Shown here one piece after another: positions 1 through 10,818 of a stretch of DNA of 64,000 bases. Origin of the DNA: a bacterium (lineage in GTDB: Bacteria; SAR324; JACQKK01); contig OZ251219.1 in assembly GCA_965240465.1 (NCBI GenBank), positions 992,001-1,056,000 of the forward strand, read 5' to 3'. The position numbers and the translations under genes were made by a program. Position 1 is the stretch's first letter; every line of letters begins with the position of its first letter. A model generated the notes under the pieces. The model was not told where the DNA came from. It did no database searches and was given only the letters and a program-made list of their open reading frames with translations.

Positions 1-1
1 G

Positions 2-58
2 TTGGAAGTCAATTTAGAGCAAGTACAGATGGTACGTGAGCAGATCAATATGGGTTAG
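2..58 (+). CDS. 3' end of a gene entering from the left (possibly carbon-nitrogen hydrolase C-terminus)
   Basis: Open frame LEVNLEQVQMVREQINMG* from the window edge; loosely resembles the nitrilase-family tail; only 18 aa visible. Confidence 0.25.
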   Translation: MEVNLEQVQMVREQINMG

Positions 59-315
59 GATTGAATTTCTTCTAAAACAACGGCAGGCGATTATTTGTGA
101 TAAAATGGTACATAACAATAGAATTATAGATTGGCATGATAAATGCCTTAGCATAATAATGCTCTGGTTGGAAAATGAGCTGGCGAAGGAATAGTTCCTA
201 ATATGAGGTATGAAGAAGATATCATGCACACTAAAATTGTAGGTACCCTGCTGATGAGAGATTGGATGTTTTTGAATTTTTATTTACCTCAATTTATTTT
301 CAAGGAGATCTTACA

Positions 316-1242
316 ATGTTAAAGCCTAGTGATATTCACCCTCAGGCGGGCAGGCGTCGGGAAATGATGACGCCCGTCCATGTTAGTGCAAAGGATAAAA
401 GGTTAGAGCATCCTGCTCGTCATGCCCCGCGTATTTTTGCAGACACGGCGATATTGAAAGATATCAGTCCTCTAAGGGAAGGTGGGGTAATTAATGGAGT
501 TACTACCAATCCCACTCTATTAAAGCTGGCGGGGGCTAGTTCTTGGCCGCAGGCGGTATCCATCATGCGGGAGATCTGTGAATACATGATGCCTTATCCA
601 GTATCTTTGGAACTAACCGAGCTACAACCAAAGCAGATGCTAGCTCAAGCCGAGGAATTGGCAAGTTTGGGCGAGAATGTGGTGATTAAGGTGCCAGTAG
701 GAGGATATAAGGCGGTGGAGCGTGATCCTTTGACTGGTCTAAAGGTATTACGCCAATTATGGGAGCGGGATATTCAGACCAATGCCACCCTGATATTCAA
801 CAGCACGCAAGCCTTTTGGGCTGCCAATGCTGGGGCGAGTTATGTTTCTCCATTTTTGGGACGTCTAGCAGATTATATGTATAAGCACGATAAACCAGAA
901 CGTTCGGCGGGTAATTCTCTTTATTATTTGGATAACCACAAAGCCCCCGCAGGAGGTCCTGATAAAACTTGGAACACCGACTATGTAGCCTCAGGTGGTG
1001 AACGCAAAGATGCGGGGGTACGTCTGATCAACGAGATTGTAGCTGTGTTTAACGCCTATTGCATCAAGACCGAAGTGTTGGCAGCATCCTTCCGCAATGC
1101 GGTACAAGTGAGTGAGTGCTTATTGGCAGGGGCAGATATTCTCACAGTGCCAGCCACAATTTTGATGGGAGTGGCAGATCATCCTTTGTCGGAGGAAGGG
1201 ATGAAGTCTTTTGTGGCCGATGCAAAAGTGTTTGAAAAATAG
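316..1242 (+). CDS. tal: Transaldolase (small TalC/FSA-fold family) with N-terminal extension and internal insertion
   Basis: Motifs IFADTA, GVTTNPT, VVIKVP (Schiff-base Lys), NATLIF, YVSPFLGR, LAASFR; AGGAG RBS before ATG 316. Confidence 0.85.
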   Translation: MLKPSDIHPQAGRRREMMTPVHVSAKDKRLEHPARHAPRIFADTAILKDISPLREGGVINGVTTNPTLLKLAGASSWPQAVSIMREICEYMMPYPVSLELTELQPKQMLAQAEELASLGENVVIKVPVGGYKAVERDPLTGLKVLRQLWERDIQTNATLIFNSTQAFWAANAGASYVSPFLGRLADYMYKHDKPERSAGNSLYYLDNHKAPAGGPDKTWNTDYVASGGERKDAGVRLINEIVAVFNAYCIKTEVLAASFRNAVQVSECLLAGADILTVPATILMGVADHPLSEEGMKSFVADAKVFEK

Positions 1243-1245
1243 ACC

Positions 1246-2610
1246 ATGAATTCCACCCAGAAAAGTCATTGTTGCTGGAAAGACTTGTCTAACCTGCCAG
1301 GCACTCCAGATTTATTATTTGCAGCAGAGCATGGCATTAAGGCTGAGCGAGTACATCCGCACGTGATTTATATCTGTGAGCGATTGAATCAATTGGGCTA
1401 CACAGCCTGGCTGGTGGGAGGGGCAGTACGCGACTTGCTATTGGGAATAAAACCAATAGATTTTGACATCGCCTGCTCCGCTAGCACACGTACTTTGAGT
1501 AGTACATTCCGTAATGCACGGGTGGTAGGACGCAGGTTTCCGGTGGTTTTTGTGGAGTTCCCAGATCTATGCGTACAGGTGAGCTCCTTTCGCGGTGCAC
1601 CCCTGAAAGATAAAGAAGGGATGATTTATAAAGACAATGTCATGGGTAGCCCTTATGAAGATGTAAAAAGAAGGGATTTCACCATAAATGCCCTGTTCTT
1701 GGAATTAAAAGAAATGACGGTGATTGATTATGTAGGAGGAGTCAAAGATCTGCATTCCAAAAATCTGTGTAGCCTACAACCCCCTAAATTAGCTTTTACC
1801 GAGGATCCCGTACGCATCCTGCGTGCAGTACGGTTTGCTCAGCGGCTAGGAATGGAAATTAACTCCGAGATGAGAAAGGCAATCAGCCAAAAACGACATC
1901 TGCTCACGCACTCCAGCCGTTATCGCTTGAATCAGGAATTACATAGATTCTGCAAGCGTGGCTTGTCAACGACTCATTTTAAGATGTTTGATGATCTAGG
2001 ACTGCTACCCTTTTTGTTGGGGATGGAAGAACATCGGCAATTATTTGACAAAGTAACTACATCAGCTCCCTTTCAAAGATTAAAACCACTACTACAGAAT
2101 ATTGATAATTGGCATACTCAGGAGGAAGAAGAATTATCACAGACAGTAGTACTGCTGGCCATGCTGGCACAACTGACAAAGAAAAAATGGTTGCAAGTGA
2201 TGTTCTATAAAAAAGGAGTTTTGGCGTCTTCAAGGCGGATATTGCTAAAACGAACCCTAGTAGATTTCTTAGGCGATTGGGGTTTTTTGAAGGGTCAAAT
2301 TAAGCCCTCCCTGCAGATATTAAAAGCAGCTCAGCAGTTGATGGTAGATGAATTTGCTCCCGTACCAGCCTCAATAGCCCTGCCTGGAACCAGGGAAGCT
2401 TGGCTACTCCTGAATTTACTAGCAGGAAGTACTCTAAAATTTGAGCAGAAACAACTTAAATACGGACTGACCACCTTGCCTGATCTTCCCGATTTGCCAA
2501 TCTTAGACCACCCCCGCCCCATCAAACGATTACATATTGGAGATGGTATGCCCCCATCAAGAAAAAAACGATGGCGTAATTATCGCTATAGAGACAAGAA
2601 GAAGAGTTAA
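1246..2610 (+). CDS. pcnB: Poly(A) polymerase I (class II nucleotidyltransferase)
   Basis: LVGGAVRDLLLG..PIDFDI, VGRRF poly(A)-polymerase signature, RRDFTINAL, EDPVRILRA, basic C-terminal tail. Confidence 0.85.
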   Translation: MNSTQKSHCCWKDLSNLPGTPDLLFAAEHGIKAERVHPHVIYICERLNQLGYTAWLVGGAVRDLLLGIKPIDFDIACSASTRTLSSTFRNARVVGRRFPVVFVEFPDLCVQVSSFRGAPLKDKEGMIYKDNVMGSPYEDVKRRDFTINALFLELKEMTVIDYVGGVKDLHSKNLCSLQPPKLAFTEDPVRILRAVRFAQRLGMEINSEMRKAISQKRHLLTHSSRYRLNQELHRFCKRGLSTTHFKMFDDLGLLPFLLGMEEHRQLFDKVTTSAPFQRLKPLLQNIDNWHTQEEEELSQTVVLLAMLAQLTKKKWLQVMFYKKGVLASSRRILLKRTLVDFLGDWGFLKGQIKPSLQILKAAQQLMVDEFAPVPASIALPGTREAWLLLNLLAGSTLKFEQKQLKYGLTTLPDLPDLPILDHPRPIKRLHIGDGMPPSRKKRWRNYRYRDKKKS

Positions 2611-2693
2611 ATCCTTGCTGACAAGGGTTCAATCTTGTGTTTGTGTCTAGTAATGATTGCTTCTAGCGATTATGTCTAGAGATTGCGGGAGGG

Positions 2694-5600
2694 TTAATTA
2701 GCTTTTTTATAAGCAATCGGGGAAGGGTAGTAAAATTCCAATTGTTCTTCTTGGGGCAGTAGTGCAGATATTTCACGAATGTTCTCAAACGAGGGAGTGA
2801 TGGCATAACCGCTATTGATTTGTATATTGGAGGTGGGTGTTTCCAGATTCAGTTCAATGCGACAAATCCCTTTAGGCAATTGGCTAATGATTTCTGCTAG
2901 CTTAGGTATTAGGTCTTCGGTAGGCGAAGAAAGTTTTATGTTAAGCAATTCAGCGTGTTTTTCTCTGTATGAAGCGAGCGTGGTGATCCATTCTGCGTTT
3001 AACTGCAGATCTTTTTCTTGTTTTTGCAATTTTCCATGTACCAGTAGGGGTTCATCCGATTCCAATAGGGGTGCAGATTTAGCATAGAGCGAGGAAAAGA
3101 CCATCAAATCTATGGAGCTGCGAGTATCCATGAGGCGTACGGAGGCGTATTTTTCGGCCTTGCGATTGAGACGTACCTTGTGGCTTTGAATAATTCCAGC
3201 TACTTGGATGCCTTTGGTCGGGGGACGCTCTAATTCTCGCAAATCGTGGATGTTACTGGTTAGTTGTTTAAGCTCTGAGGAGTAGGTGTTCAGCGGATGT
3301 CCTGAGATATAAAACCCGAGGGCTTTTTTTTCTAATTGCAGGCGTTGATGAGATTCCATCTCTGCACACTCAGGTAGATTGAGGTCTAGTTCTTGAGCTT
3401 GTCCTGAGTCCATCAATTGGAAGATATTTTCTTGTCCTTGTTGCTGTTGTTGCTGATGATGTTGAATGACTTGCATCAAGGTGGGGAGAACTTCTAATAG
3501 CGAAGCTCTATTAGGGCTAAGGGCATCTAATGAACCGCACTGGATAAGGGATTCCAGGGCGCGTTTATTAACCAGACTGGGGTTAATCTGTTGCAGAAAG
3601 TTTTGTAAGTTTGTAAATTTCTGTTGTGATTGCTGCAAGCGAGTTTCTACGATTTCTTGGGCTGCTGCCGAACCGACATTACGCACTGCATTCAGACCAA
3701 AGCGTACTGCATTTTTTTGAATGGAAAAACTAACCTGACTCTCATTGATATCGGGGGCGAGTACTTCAATCCCCATTTCACGACATTCAACAATGTTATT
3801 GACTACTCGGTCGGTGTTATGCATTTCGCCACTTAGCAGGGCACACATAAATGCTACTGGGTGATTGGCTTTCAGCCAGGCCGTTTGATAGGCAATCATG
3901 CCATAGGCTACCGAGTGTGATTTATTAAAGCCATAACCAGCGAATTTGTCTATTTGGTCAAATATATGCTGGGCTTCCTGTTCTGTGATTTCGTTGTTTA
4001 GGCAGCCTTTGACAAATCTTTCTCTATGTTGCTGCATATCAACGGGGTCTTTCTTACCCATGGCGCGTCTTAGTAGGTCTGCTTCTCCAAGGCTAAATCC
4101 TGCTAAAATGCGAGCTGCCTGCATAACTTGTTCTTGATATGCCATCACCCCCTTTGTTTCCCGCAACAATTCTTCCAGCTTTGGATGAGGAGATTGTATT
4201 TCCTGACGACCATTCTTGCGTTCTATGAAATTGTGCGTCATACCAGATTCCAAAGGTCCGGGGCGATAAAGAGCCAAGATCGCGGCTATATCAGAGAAGC
4301 AATCTGGCTTTGATTCCATCAATAGTCGCCGCATACCACTGGATTCCAATTGAAATATGCCAGTTGTTTCTCCATTCATAAGTAGCTTAAAAACCTTGGG
4401 GTCATCTATGGGTATGGAATCAATATCTATCTTGGGAGTGCCCTCTGGCTGTGATAAATTGATCAGCTCGAGAGCATGGTTGATGATGGTCAGATTATTT
4501 AATCCCAGAAAATCAAATTTAACTCCTCCTTGGTGTTCCACCCATTTCATGGCAAATTGAGATTGAATCCCGTGCCCTGATTTATCGGTACAAGTGGGTA
4601 TTACAGAGTCTATAGGGCTATCCATAATAATCACTCCCGCTGCGTGAGTGGACTGGGTGGAATGTAATCCTTCCAGTACTCGGGCGTGTTTCATCAGCTC
4701 TTTTTCTACGGGGGTGCCTTCTTTTTCTAGTTTTTCTAGTTCAGGCTCGGTTTTGACAGCTTCTCCTAGGGTGATCCCTAATTTATCGGGAATCAAGCGG
4801 GCGATTTTATCGGCATCGTTGTAGGAAAAATCTAACACTCTGGCTACATTGCGTATCACTGCTTTGGCAGCCAGCGTTCCATAGGTGGTAATCTGGCAAA
4901 CTTTATCACGACCATATTTACCGCGTACATATTCTAGTACTTGTTCTCGGCCTTCTACATCAAAATCCACATCAAAGTCGGGCATGCTAACTCGCTCGGG
5001 GTTTAAGAAGCGTTCAAACAATAGTCCATGGTAAATGGGGTCTAGACCGGTGATGCCTAGTACATAAGCTGTTAATGAACCTGCTCCAGAACCTCTTCCT
5101 GGTCCCACCCGCACCCCGTTCTGCTTAGCCCAATTGATGAAATCAGCTACGATCAAAAAATAACCGCTATATTTCATACAACAAATCACATCTAGTTCAT
5201 GCTTCAATCGCTGGTGATAATTCTTCTGCCAGCTGTCTTTTTGTTCTGGTGGGATGGCATAGCGAGTTTCCAATCTTGCCAATTTCTTTTCCAGATGCTC
5301 CAGTCCCAGCTTTTTTAGCCAGCTGTTTTCATCTGTAGCCTCTGCCGGTAAATCAAAACGAGGCAAATGCACGGTGTCATTTTCTAATCCCAAATCACAC
5401 GAGGCTACAATCAGCTCGCTATTAGTGAGGGCTTCGGGAGGATAATCCCTCATCGCGACTTCCATTTCCTGCGGTGAACGGAGATAAAACTGGTCGCTCT
5501 CCGCTTTGCCGATATTGGCTAGCGTCTTCTGTTTGCCTATCAACCTCAGCAAATGCTGTGACTCGGACTCCTCAGCTCTAAGATAAAAACAATCATTCCC

Positions 5601-6203
5601 CGCTACCAAGGGCAAACTCATTGCCTCTGCCAATTCCAATAATTGAGCATTTAGCTCTGTTTGACCGGTCAATCCTTGATTCTGTAATCCCACATAGAAG
5701 CGTTGGTCAAATGCTTCACTCAGCCACTTGGCAATTTGCTGGGCTTCCTGGGTTTGTTTTTGCCTCAGCTGCTTGCCCAGTACCCCCTTGGCACCCCAGC
5801 TGATAGCGATTAGACCCTCTTGGTGGGTTTCTAGCAATTGGCGGTCAACCCGAGGAACATAGTACTTTCCCTTGGCATAGGATAGGCTGGAAAGCTTCAT
5901 CAAGTTTTGGTACCCAACCCTGTTTTGGCAAATCAGTACCAAACTGGAAGCATTCGGTCCAGGACGCGAATACTTACGCTCGGTACAAGGACCCCTACTC
6001 ACAAATGCTTCCATCCCCAGCAAGGGTTTTAGCCCTGCTTTCTTCATGGTCGTATAAAATTCTACTACCCCCGCTATCGAACCAGTGTCCGTAATGGCAC
6101 AACTTTTATACCCCTGCTTCTTTAAGGCTGCCGGCAGATCAGCAATTCTAATAGCCCCATTTAGAAGCGAATACTGAGTGTGCAGGTGTAAGTGCGTGAA
6201 CAT
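2694..6203 (-). CDS. dnaE: DNA polymerase III alpha subunit
   Basis: FTHLHLHTQYSLL PHP start, GPGRGSGAGS, MPDFDVDF, YGFNKSH; ATG at 6203 preferred over TTG 6215. Confidence 0.97.
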   Translation of the reverse strand: MFTHLHLHTQYSLLNGAIRIADLPAALKKQGYKSCAITDTGSIAGVVEFYTTMKKAGLKPLLGMEAFVSRGPCTERKYSRPGPNASSLVLICQNRVGYQNLMKLSSLSYAKGKYYVPRVDRQLLETHQEGLIAISWGAKGVLGKQLRQKQTQEAQQIAKWLSEAFDQRFYVGLQNQGLTGQTELNAQLLELAEAMSLPLVAGNDCFYLRAEESESQHLLRLIGKQKTLANIGKAESDQFYLRSPQEMEVAMRDYPPEALTNSELIVASCDLGLENDTVHLPRFDLPAEATDENSWLKKLGLEHLEKKLARLETRYAIPPEQKDSWQKNYHQRLKHELDVICCMKYSGYFLIVADFINWAKQNGVRVGPGRGSGAGSLTAYVLGITGLDPIYHGLLFERFLNPERVSMPDFDVDFDVEGREQVLEYVRGKYGRDKVCQITTYGTLAAKAVIRNVARVLDFSYNDADKIARLIPDKLGITLGEAVKTEPELEKLEKEGTPVEKELMKHARVLEGLHSTQSTHAAGVIIMDSPIDSVIPTCTDKSGHGIQSQFAMKWVEHQGGVKFDFLGLNNLTIINHALELINLSQPEGTPKIDIDSIPIDDPKVFKLLMNGETTGIFQLESSGMRRLLMESKPDCFSDIAAILALYRPGPLESGMTHNFIERKNGRQEIQSPHPKLEELLRETKGVMAYQEQVMQAARILAGFSLGEADLLRRAMGKKDPVDMQQHRERFVKGCLNNEITEQEAQHIFDQIDKFAGYGFNKSHSVAYGMIAYQTAWLKANHPVAFMCALLSGEMHNTDRVVNNIVECREMGIEVLAPDINESQVSFSIQKNAVRFGLNAVRNVGSAAAQEIVETRLQQSQQKFTNLQNFLQQINPSLVNKRALESLIQCGSLDALSPNRASLLEVLPTLMQVIQHHQQQQQQGQENIFQLMDSGQAQELDLNLPECAEMESHQRLQLEKKALGFYISGHPLNTYSSELKQLTSNIHDLRELERPPTKGIQVAGIIQSHKVRLNRKAEKYASVRLMDTRSSIDLMVFSSLYAKSAPLLESDEPLLVHGKLQKQEKDLQLNAEWITTLASYREKHAELLNIKLSSPTEDLIPKLAEIISQLPKGICRIELNLETPTSNIQINSGYAITPSFENIREISALLPQEEQLEFYYPSPIAYKKAN

Positions 6204-6208
6204 ATTAA

Positions 6209-6238
6209 ACAACAAAAATAACGGCTACTTCCAGCCGT
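6209..6238 (-). terminator. Intrinsic terminator-like hairpin between sucB and dnaE
   Basis: Minus strand ACGGCTG-GAAG-TAGCCGT followed by TATTTTTGTTGT. Confidence 0.5.
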
Positions 6239-6279
6239 ACATGATGCCAGATTCATCAGCAGATAAATTACTTTTTTGA

Positions 6280-6361
6280 GCCTCCCCCAGCCAAAGACTC
6301 CCCCAACCAAGATACAAGCTCAGCCAAGTGACTACCCTAGCTGAAGATTCCCCCAGCTAAA
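6280..6361. repeat. Degenerate ~16-bp tandem repeat, about 5 units (consensus GACTCCCCCAGCCAAA)
   Basis: Units GCCTCCCCCAGCCAAA / GACTCCCCCAACCAA / GATACAAGCTCAGCCAAGT / GACTACCCTAGCTGAA / GATTCCCCCAGCTAAA. Confidence 0.6.
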
Positions 6362-6401
6362 TCTGCGTCCAACCTTCCCACCGAAAAAGATAATGGTGGT
6401 A

Positions 6402-7655
6402 TCAGATCTCCAGTAGCAATCTGGAAGGGTCTTCAGTGTATTGCCTTACCTTCACCAAGAATTGCACTGCTTCCCGACCGTCTACCAAGCGATGGTCATA
6501 AGAAAGGGCTAAGTACATCATGGGGCGGATCTCCACCTGACCACCGATAGCTACCGGTCGTGGGATAATGTTATGCATTCCCAAGATACCTGCTTGGGGG
6601 GGATTTATAATCGGAGTGGATAGCATGGAGCCATATACACCACCATTGGTGATGGTGAAGGTTCCTCTTTCAAGGTCTTGAACGGTCAGTTTTCTTTCTT
6701 TGGCTGCTGTTGCGAGCCGAGTGATTTCTTGCTCAATTTCTATGTGACTCAAGCGATCGGCATTTCTTACTACGGGTACTACCAGTCCACGGTCAGTGCT
6801 TACTGCTACCCCGATATCATAGTAATATTTGTAGATTATTTCATCGTTATCTATTGAGGCATTAAGGTTGGGAAATTCTATTAAAGCTTGCACGCAAGCC
6901 TTGGTGAAAAAAGACATAAACCCCAGCCGATGTTTGTATTTTTTTTCAAAAACTTCCTGATAACGTTTTCGTAAAGCGATTATTTGGCTAAGATCCACCT
7001 CATTAAAAGTGGTAAGCATGGCGGTTTGGTGCTGTGCTTCCAGCAGGCGTTCTGCGATGCGTTGTCGCAGGGTACTCATTTTCACTCGCTCTTCGAGTAC
7101 ACCGCCGCTAGGCAAAACGGAATCTGCTTGAGTTCCATTTTTGACTAGATCTTCTCGTAGTTTCCGGGTGAGGTCGTCTTTGGTGAGTATACCACGGGGA
7201 CCAGTAGGGGTTATTCCAGCAGGGTTGAGGTGATTCTCAGCGGCCATTTTTCTAGCAGCAGGTCCCATTTTTTGGACTACCGTAGCAGATGTAGTGATAG
7301 CAGTAGGTGCTTTATCAGTGGGAGATTCTTTTTTGGAGGTAGCCGATTTTGTTTTTGGAGCTTCTTTTGCGGCTGTTTTTTGAGCTTCTTTTGAAGATGA
7401 TTGTGGCGTTGCCAAACCTCCTTGATTAAGGATGGCTAATACTTGACCAACTTGAACTGTATCTCCAATTTGTTTTTCAATTTGTGCGAGTATGCCTGTT
7501 TCAGGTGCAGGTACTTCCACGATGACCTTATCGGTTTCTAGTTCTGCCACGATTTCGCCTTCGGAGACGGTTTCCCCAGTTTGTTTTAGCCAGGTAGACA
7601 CGGTAGCTTCTGCGATGGACTCTCCCATTTCTGGGACAATGATTTCAATACTCAT
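6402..7655 (-). CDS. sucB: 2-oxoglutarate dehydrogenase E2 (dihydrolipoamide succinyltransferase)
   Basis: Lipoyl domain ELETDKV, E3-binding domain, [13 protein letters not shown]; follows sucA. Confidence 0.96.
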   Translation of the reverse strand: MSIEIIVPEMGESIAEATVSTWLKQTGETVSEGEIVAELETDKVIVEVPAPETGILAQIEKQIGDTVQVGQVLAILNQGGLATPQSSSKEAQKTAAKEAPKTKSATSKKESPTDKAPTAITTSATVVQKMGPAARKMAAENHLNPAGITPTGPRGILTKDDLTRKLREDLVKNGTQADSVLPSGGVLEERVKMSTLRQRIAERLLEAQHQTAMLTTFNEVDLSQIIALRKRYQEVFEKKYKHRLGFMSFFTKACVQALIEFPNLNASIDNDEIIYKYYYDIGVAVSTDRGLVVPVVRNADRLSHIEIEQEITRLATAAKERKLTVQDLERGTFTITNGGVYGSMLSTPIINPPQAGILGMHNIIPRPVAIGGQVEIRPMMYLALSYDHRLVDGREAVQFLVKVRQYTEDPSRLLLEI

Positions 7656-7720
7656 GTGAGTTTTCAAGTAGCAAGAGGATAAAGGGCTAGGTGGTTTTTA
7701 GTGTATGCATAGTTAGGGCA

Positions 7721-10525
7721 TCAGGTACATTTGAGGGCAGATTTGATGAGTTCATTTTGTTCTTCATTATGGAGTAAATGGGAGCCTGTAGCAGGTGATG
7801 AGGCTGAACGTCTGCCAGCATATAATAGGGTTATATTGCCAATTAGTTCTTGCAGGCGGGGGCGAATATAATCCCAACCACCCATATTTTTTGGTTCTTC
7901 CTGTGCCCAGCAGATTTCTTTTAGATTAGGACAGCGTGCTAGTTCTCCCGATATTAATTCAGCAGGGAAGGGGTACATTTGTTCAATCCGCGAAATAGCG
8001 GCACATGGGATTTTCTTTTTTTCACAGTGGTCAAGTAGTTCGTAATAGATTTTGCCTGAGCAAAGTACTAATCGGGTAATATCTTTATTTGGGGGTGAAT
8101 ATCCTGGTAGCACTTCATGGAATCCGCCGGTGAATAGTTCTTCTTTGGTGGAAACGGCTCTGGGGTGGCGGAGCAGGCTTTTTGGAGACATCACTACGAG
8201 GGGCCTTCTGAATTTACTGTAGAGTTGCCTACGCATCAGGTGGAAGAATTGTGCGGGAGTGGTAGGGTTAGCAATTTGGATATTGTTGTTGGCACAGAGT
8301 TGCAGAAAACGTTCTATGCGGGCACTGGAATGTTCGGGTCCCATGCCTTCAAAGCCGTGTGGTAGGAGCAGTACTAGGCCGCTCATTCTGAGCCATTTTT
8401 CTTCAGAAGATGCCAAAAACTGGTCTACAATTACTTGGGCTCCATTAGCGAAATCACCGAATTGGGCTTCCCAAATGGTCAGGCAGAGAGGAGAAGCCAT
8501 GGAGTAGCCGAATTCAAAACCCAGCACTCCCGCTTCCGACAAGGGGCTATTGTAGATAGAGAAATCTCCCTGATTATTTTCAAGATGCTGTAATGGTAGA
8601 TATTCTTCTCCTGTTTTAACATCCGTTAGCACGGCATGCCGATGGCTAAATGTACCACGGCGGCTATCTTGTCCGCTGAAGCGCACATCAAATTTTTCCC
8701 AGACCAAGCTTCCGTAGCACAGTAGTTCTCCCATACCCCAGTCTATCGGTCGTTTACCGTCAATCATTTCTTTGCGTCGTGCCAGCAGTTTTTGCAAGCG
8801 TGGATGTATGTTAAAGTTCGGGGGCATGCTGTATAGAGTTCTACCGATATGTTCCAGCGATTCTTTATTTACCGGCTGGGAGGCAGTTTTGTGTTGCTGA
8901 ATGTTTCTTATCAGGCCTTTCCATGCCCCAGTCAGGGTTTGTACCACAGGTTTGATGTTTTCCCGGTGGGTTCGTTCTAGGGCTTCTGCCAGTTGCTCCC
9001 GATAAGAAGAAGCAATTTTGGATATCTCAATTTTGCTTAAAACTCCCTCTGCTTGTAACCTGTTGCTGTAGAGCGTAAGTGCTGAGGGGTGTGTTTTTAT
9101 TTTTTTATAAGTGAGCGGCTGAGTAAAGCTTGGTTCATCTCCTTCATTATGCCCCAAGCGGCGATAGCAATACAGATCCACCACAATGTCTGCGTTAAAC
9201 CGCTGGCGAAATTCAGCCGCGATACGGGTTACATGCCAGACCGCCTCCGGATGGTCAGCATTCACATGCAAGACCGCGGCATTTAGCATCTTAATAACAT
9301 CACTGGAATAAACCATAGAACGCGAATCAGACGGCACGGTGGTAAAGCCAATCTGATTATTGATGATAATGTGTACTGTGCCTCCAGTGTTGTATCCCTC
9401 TAGATATGCCAAGTTCAGGGTTTCCATAACTAAGCCCTGCCCTGCAAAAGAGGCATCCCCATGCAGCAGAACAGGAACAATCTCAGTTCGTGATTGATCG
9501 TTCTTTTGTTTTTGTTTGGCGGCTACATTACCTAGCACTACCGGATTTACGGCCTCCAGATGGCTGGGATTAAATGCCAAAGATAGATGAATACTGCGTC
9601 CGTTGATGGTGGTATCGCAGGAGTAGCCCTTGTGATATTTGACATCGCCATAGAAGCTTTCTTCTCCTTGGGCACGGGCTTCTTCAAATTCTGCAAAGAC
9701 CCGTTCATTATCTTTTTTGAACACATTAACTAAAGTGTTCAAGCGTCCCCGATGAGCCATTCCCATTACCACCTCTTTAGCACCGCAATCGGACAGTGAA
9801 TGTATCAGAGTGTTGAGCATTACCACCAAAGATTCTGAACCCTCTAAAGAGAAACGCTTTTTGCCTATGAATTTTTGATGGAGAAAGGTCTCAAAGGTTT
9901 GGGCATGAGTGAGTTGGGTTAGGATATTGGTTTTAATTTCGGGTGAGAAAGGAGGTAGATTGGGTATTTGCTCAATTTCTTTTTGTAGCCAGATGCGTTG
10001 TTCTTGTTTTCTCAATGGCATGTACTCGGCTCCGATCGGACCGCAATAGATATCTTTCAGTTGGTTAGTGATTTTTTCCAAAGTCATAATGTCGGGCATA
10101 CTTACCAAAGTGCCTGTGGAAAAGGGGGTCTGCGAATCTTCCTGTGTCAAGCCAAAAGCTTTTAAGGATAAATCTGGGGGATCTTGCATGTGAGGACGCC
10201 CGAGAGGGTCCAATTGGGCACGGGTGTGTCCAAAGGTGCGGTAAGCGTTAATCAACTGGAAAACAGAGGATTGCTTACTCATAATCATGGCTTGATCAGA
10301 GTGTACTGCACCGTCGGCGTTAGCGATGTGCTCGGAGATTACACCACCATTGACCTTTTGCTTGTTGTTGGTGGCGTTCTTGGCGAAGCCATTATCTAAT
10401 TTTTTGAAGTAGGTTACCCACTGGTCAGGCAGTGAGGGGTCACCGTTCTGGTAAGCTTGGTAAAGTGCTTCCAAAAATTCAGCATTGATACCTGAAAGCG
10501 GAGTATCAAAAACAGGGGGTTCCAT
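7721..10525 (-). CDS. sucA: 2-oxoglutarate dehydrogenase E1
   Basis: KRFSLEG, GMAHRGRLN, NPSHLEAV, HGDASFAGQG, WEAQFGDFANGAQ. Confidence 0.97.
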   Translation of the reverse strand: MEPPVFDTPLSGINAEFLEALYQAYQNGDPSLPDQWVTYFKKLDNGFAKNATNNKQKVNGGVISEHIANADGAVHSDQAMIMSKQSSVFQLINAYRTFGHTRAQLDPLGRPHMQDPPDLSLKAFGLTQEDSQTPFSTGTLVSMPDIMTLEKITNQLKDIYCGPIGAEYMPLRKQEQRIWLQKEIEQIPNLPPFSPEIKTNILTQLTHAQTFETFLHQKFIGKKRFSLEGSESLVVMLNTLIHSLSDCGAKEVVMGMAHRGRLNTLVNVFKKDNERVFAEFEEARAQGEESFYGDVKYHKGYSCDTTINGRSIHLSLAFNPSHLEAVNPVVLGNVAAKQKQKNDQSRTEIVPVLLHGDASFAGQGLVMETLNLAYLEGYNTGGTVHIIINNQIGFTTVPSDSRSMVYSSDVIKMLNAAVLHVNADHPEAVWHVTRIAAEFRQRFNADIVVDLYCYRRLGHNEGDEPSFTQPLTYKKIKTHPSALTLYSNRLQAEGVLSKIEISKIASSYREQLAEALERTHRENIKPVVQTLTGAWKGLIRNIQQHKTASQPVNKESLEHIGRTLYSMPPNFNIHPRLQKLLARRKEMIDGKRPIDWGMGELLCYGSLVWEKFDVRFSGQDSRRGTFSHRHAVLTDVKTGEEYLPLQHLENNQGDFSIYNSPLSEAGVLGFEFGYSMASPLCLTIWEAQFGDFANGAQVIVDQFLASSEEKWLRMSGLVLLLPHGFEGMGPEHSSARIERFLQLCANNNIQIANPTTPAQFFHLMRRQLYSKFRRPLVVMSPKSLLRHPRAVSTKEELFTGGFHEVLPGYSPPNKDITRLVLCSGKIYYELLDHCEKKKIPCAAISRIEQMYPFPAELISGELARCPNLKEICWAQEEPKNMGGWDYIRPRLQELIGNITLLYAGRRSASSPATGSHLLHNEEQNELIKSALKCT

Positions 10526-10540
10526 GAGATTTCAGTTAGA

Positions 10541-10605
10541 GTGACGGTGCTAGGTGACGGTGCTAGGTGACGGTGCTAGGTGACGGTGCTAGGTGACTGT
10601 GGCAG
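10541..10605. repeat. 13-bp tandem repeat (GTGACGGTGCTAG) x4 plus one degenerate copy
   Basis: Four exact copies at 10541-10592, then GTGACTGTGGCAG; lies 15 bp upstream of the sucA start. Confidence 0.95.
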
Positions 10606-10818
10606 CTGAAAAAGAAAAGGTATTATTAGATATGACAAGCATGCTTATTTTATATTTTGCTCGTTGTTTGGAAACTTAATTCAGATATGCAAGCAGCTAT
10701 CCAAGAAATAAGTTAAAAGCAAGTTTCTTGAGCTACAGTTTAATGTTTATCACATCTAAGTTCAGTACAACATATGATTTTACGGGATTACTCACATTTT
10801 ACATCATTGAGTGCAAAA

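Noticed and set aside
1-3000. Apparent excess of CTAG/GTAC tetramers
   Set aside because: Rough hand counts (about 13 and 15 in 3 kb) are near the ~11 expected from base composition; at most a lack of the usual CTAG depletion.
10541-10605. 13-bp arrays as CRISPR or plasmid iterons
   Set aside because: Units are contiguous without spacers and no rep or cas gene is adjacent.
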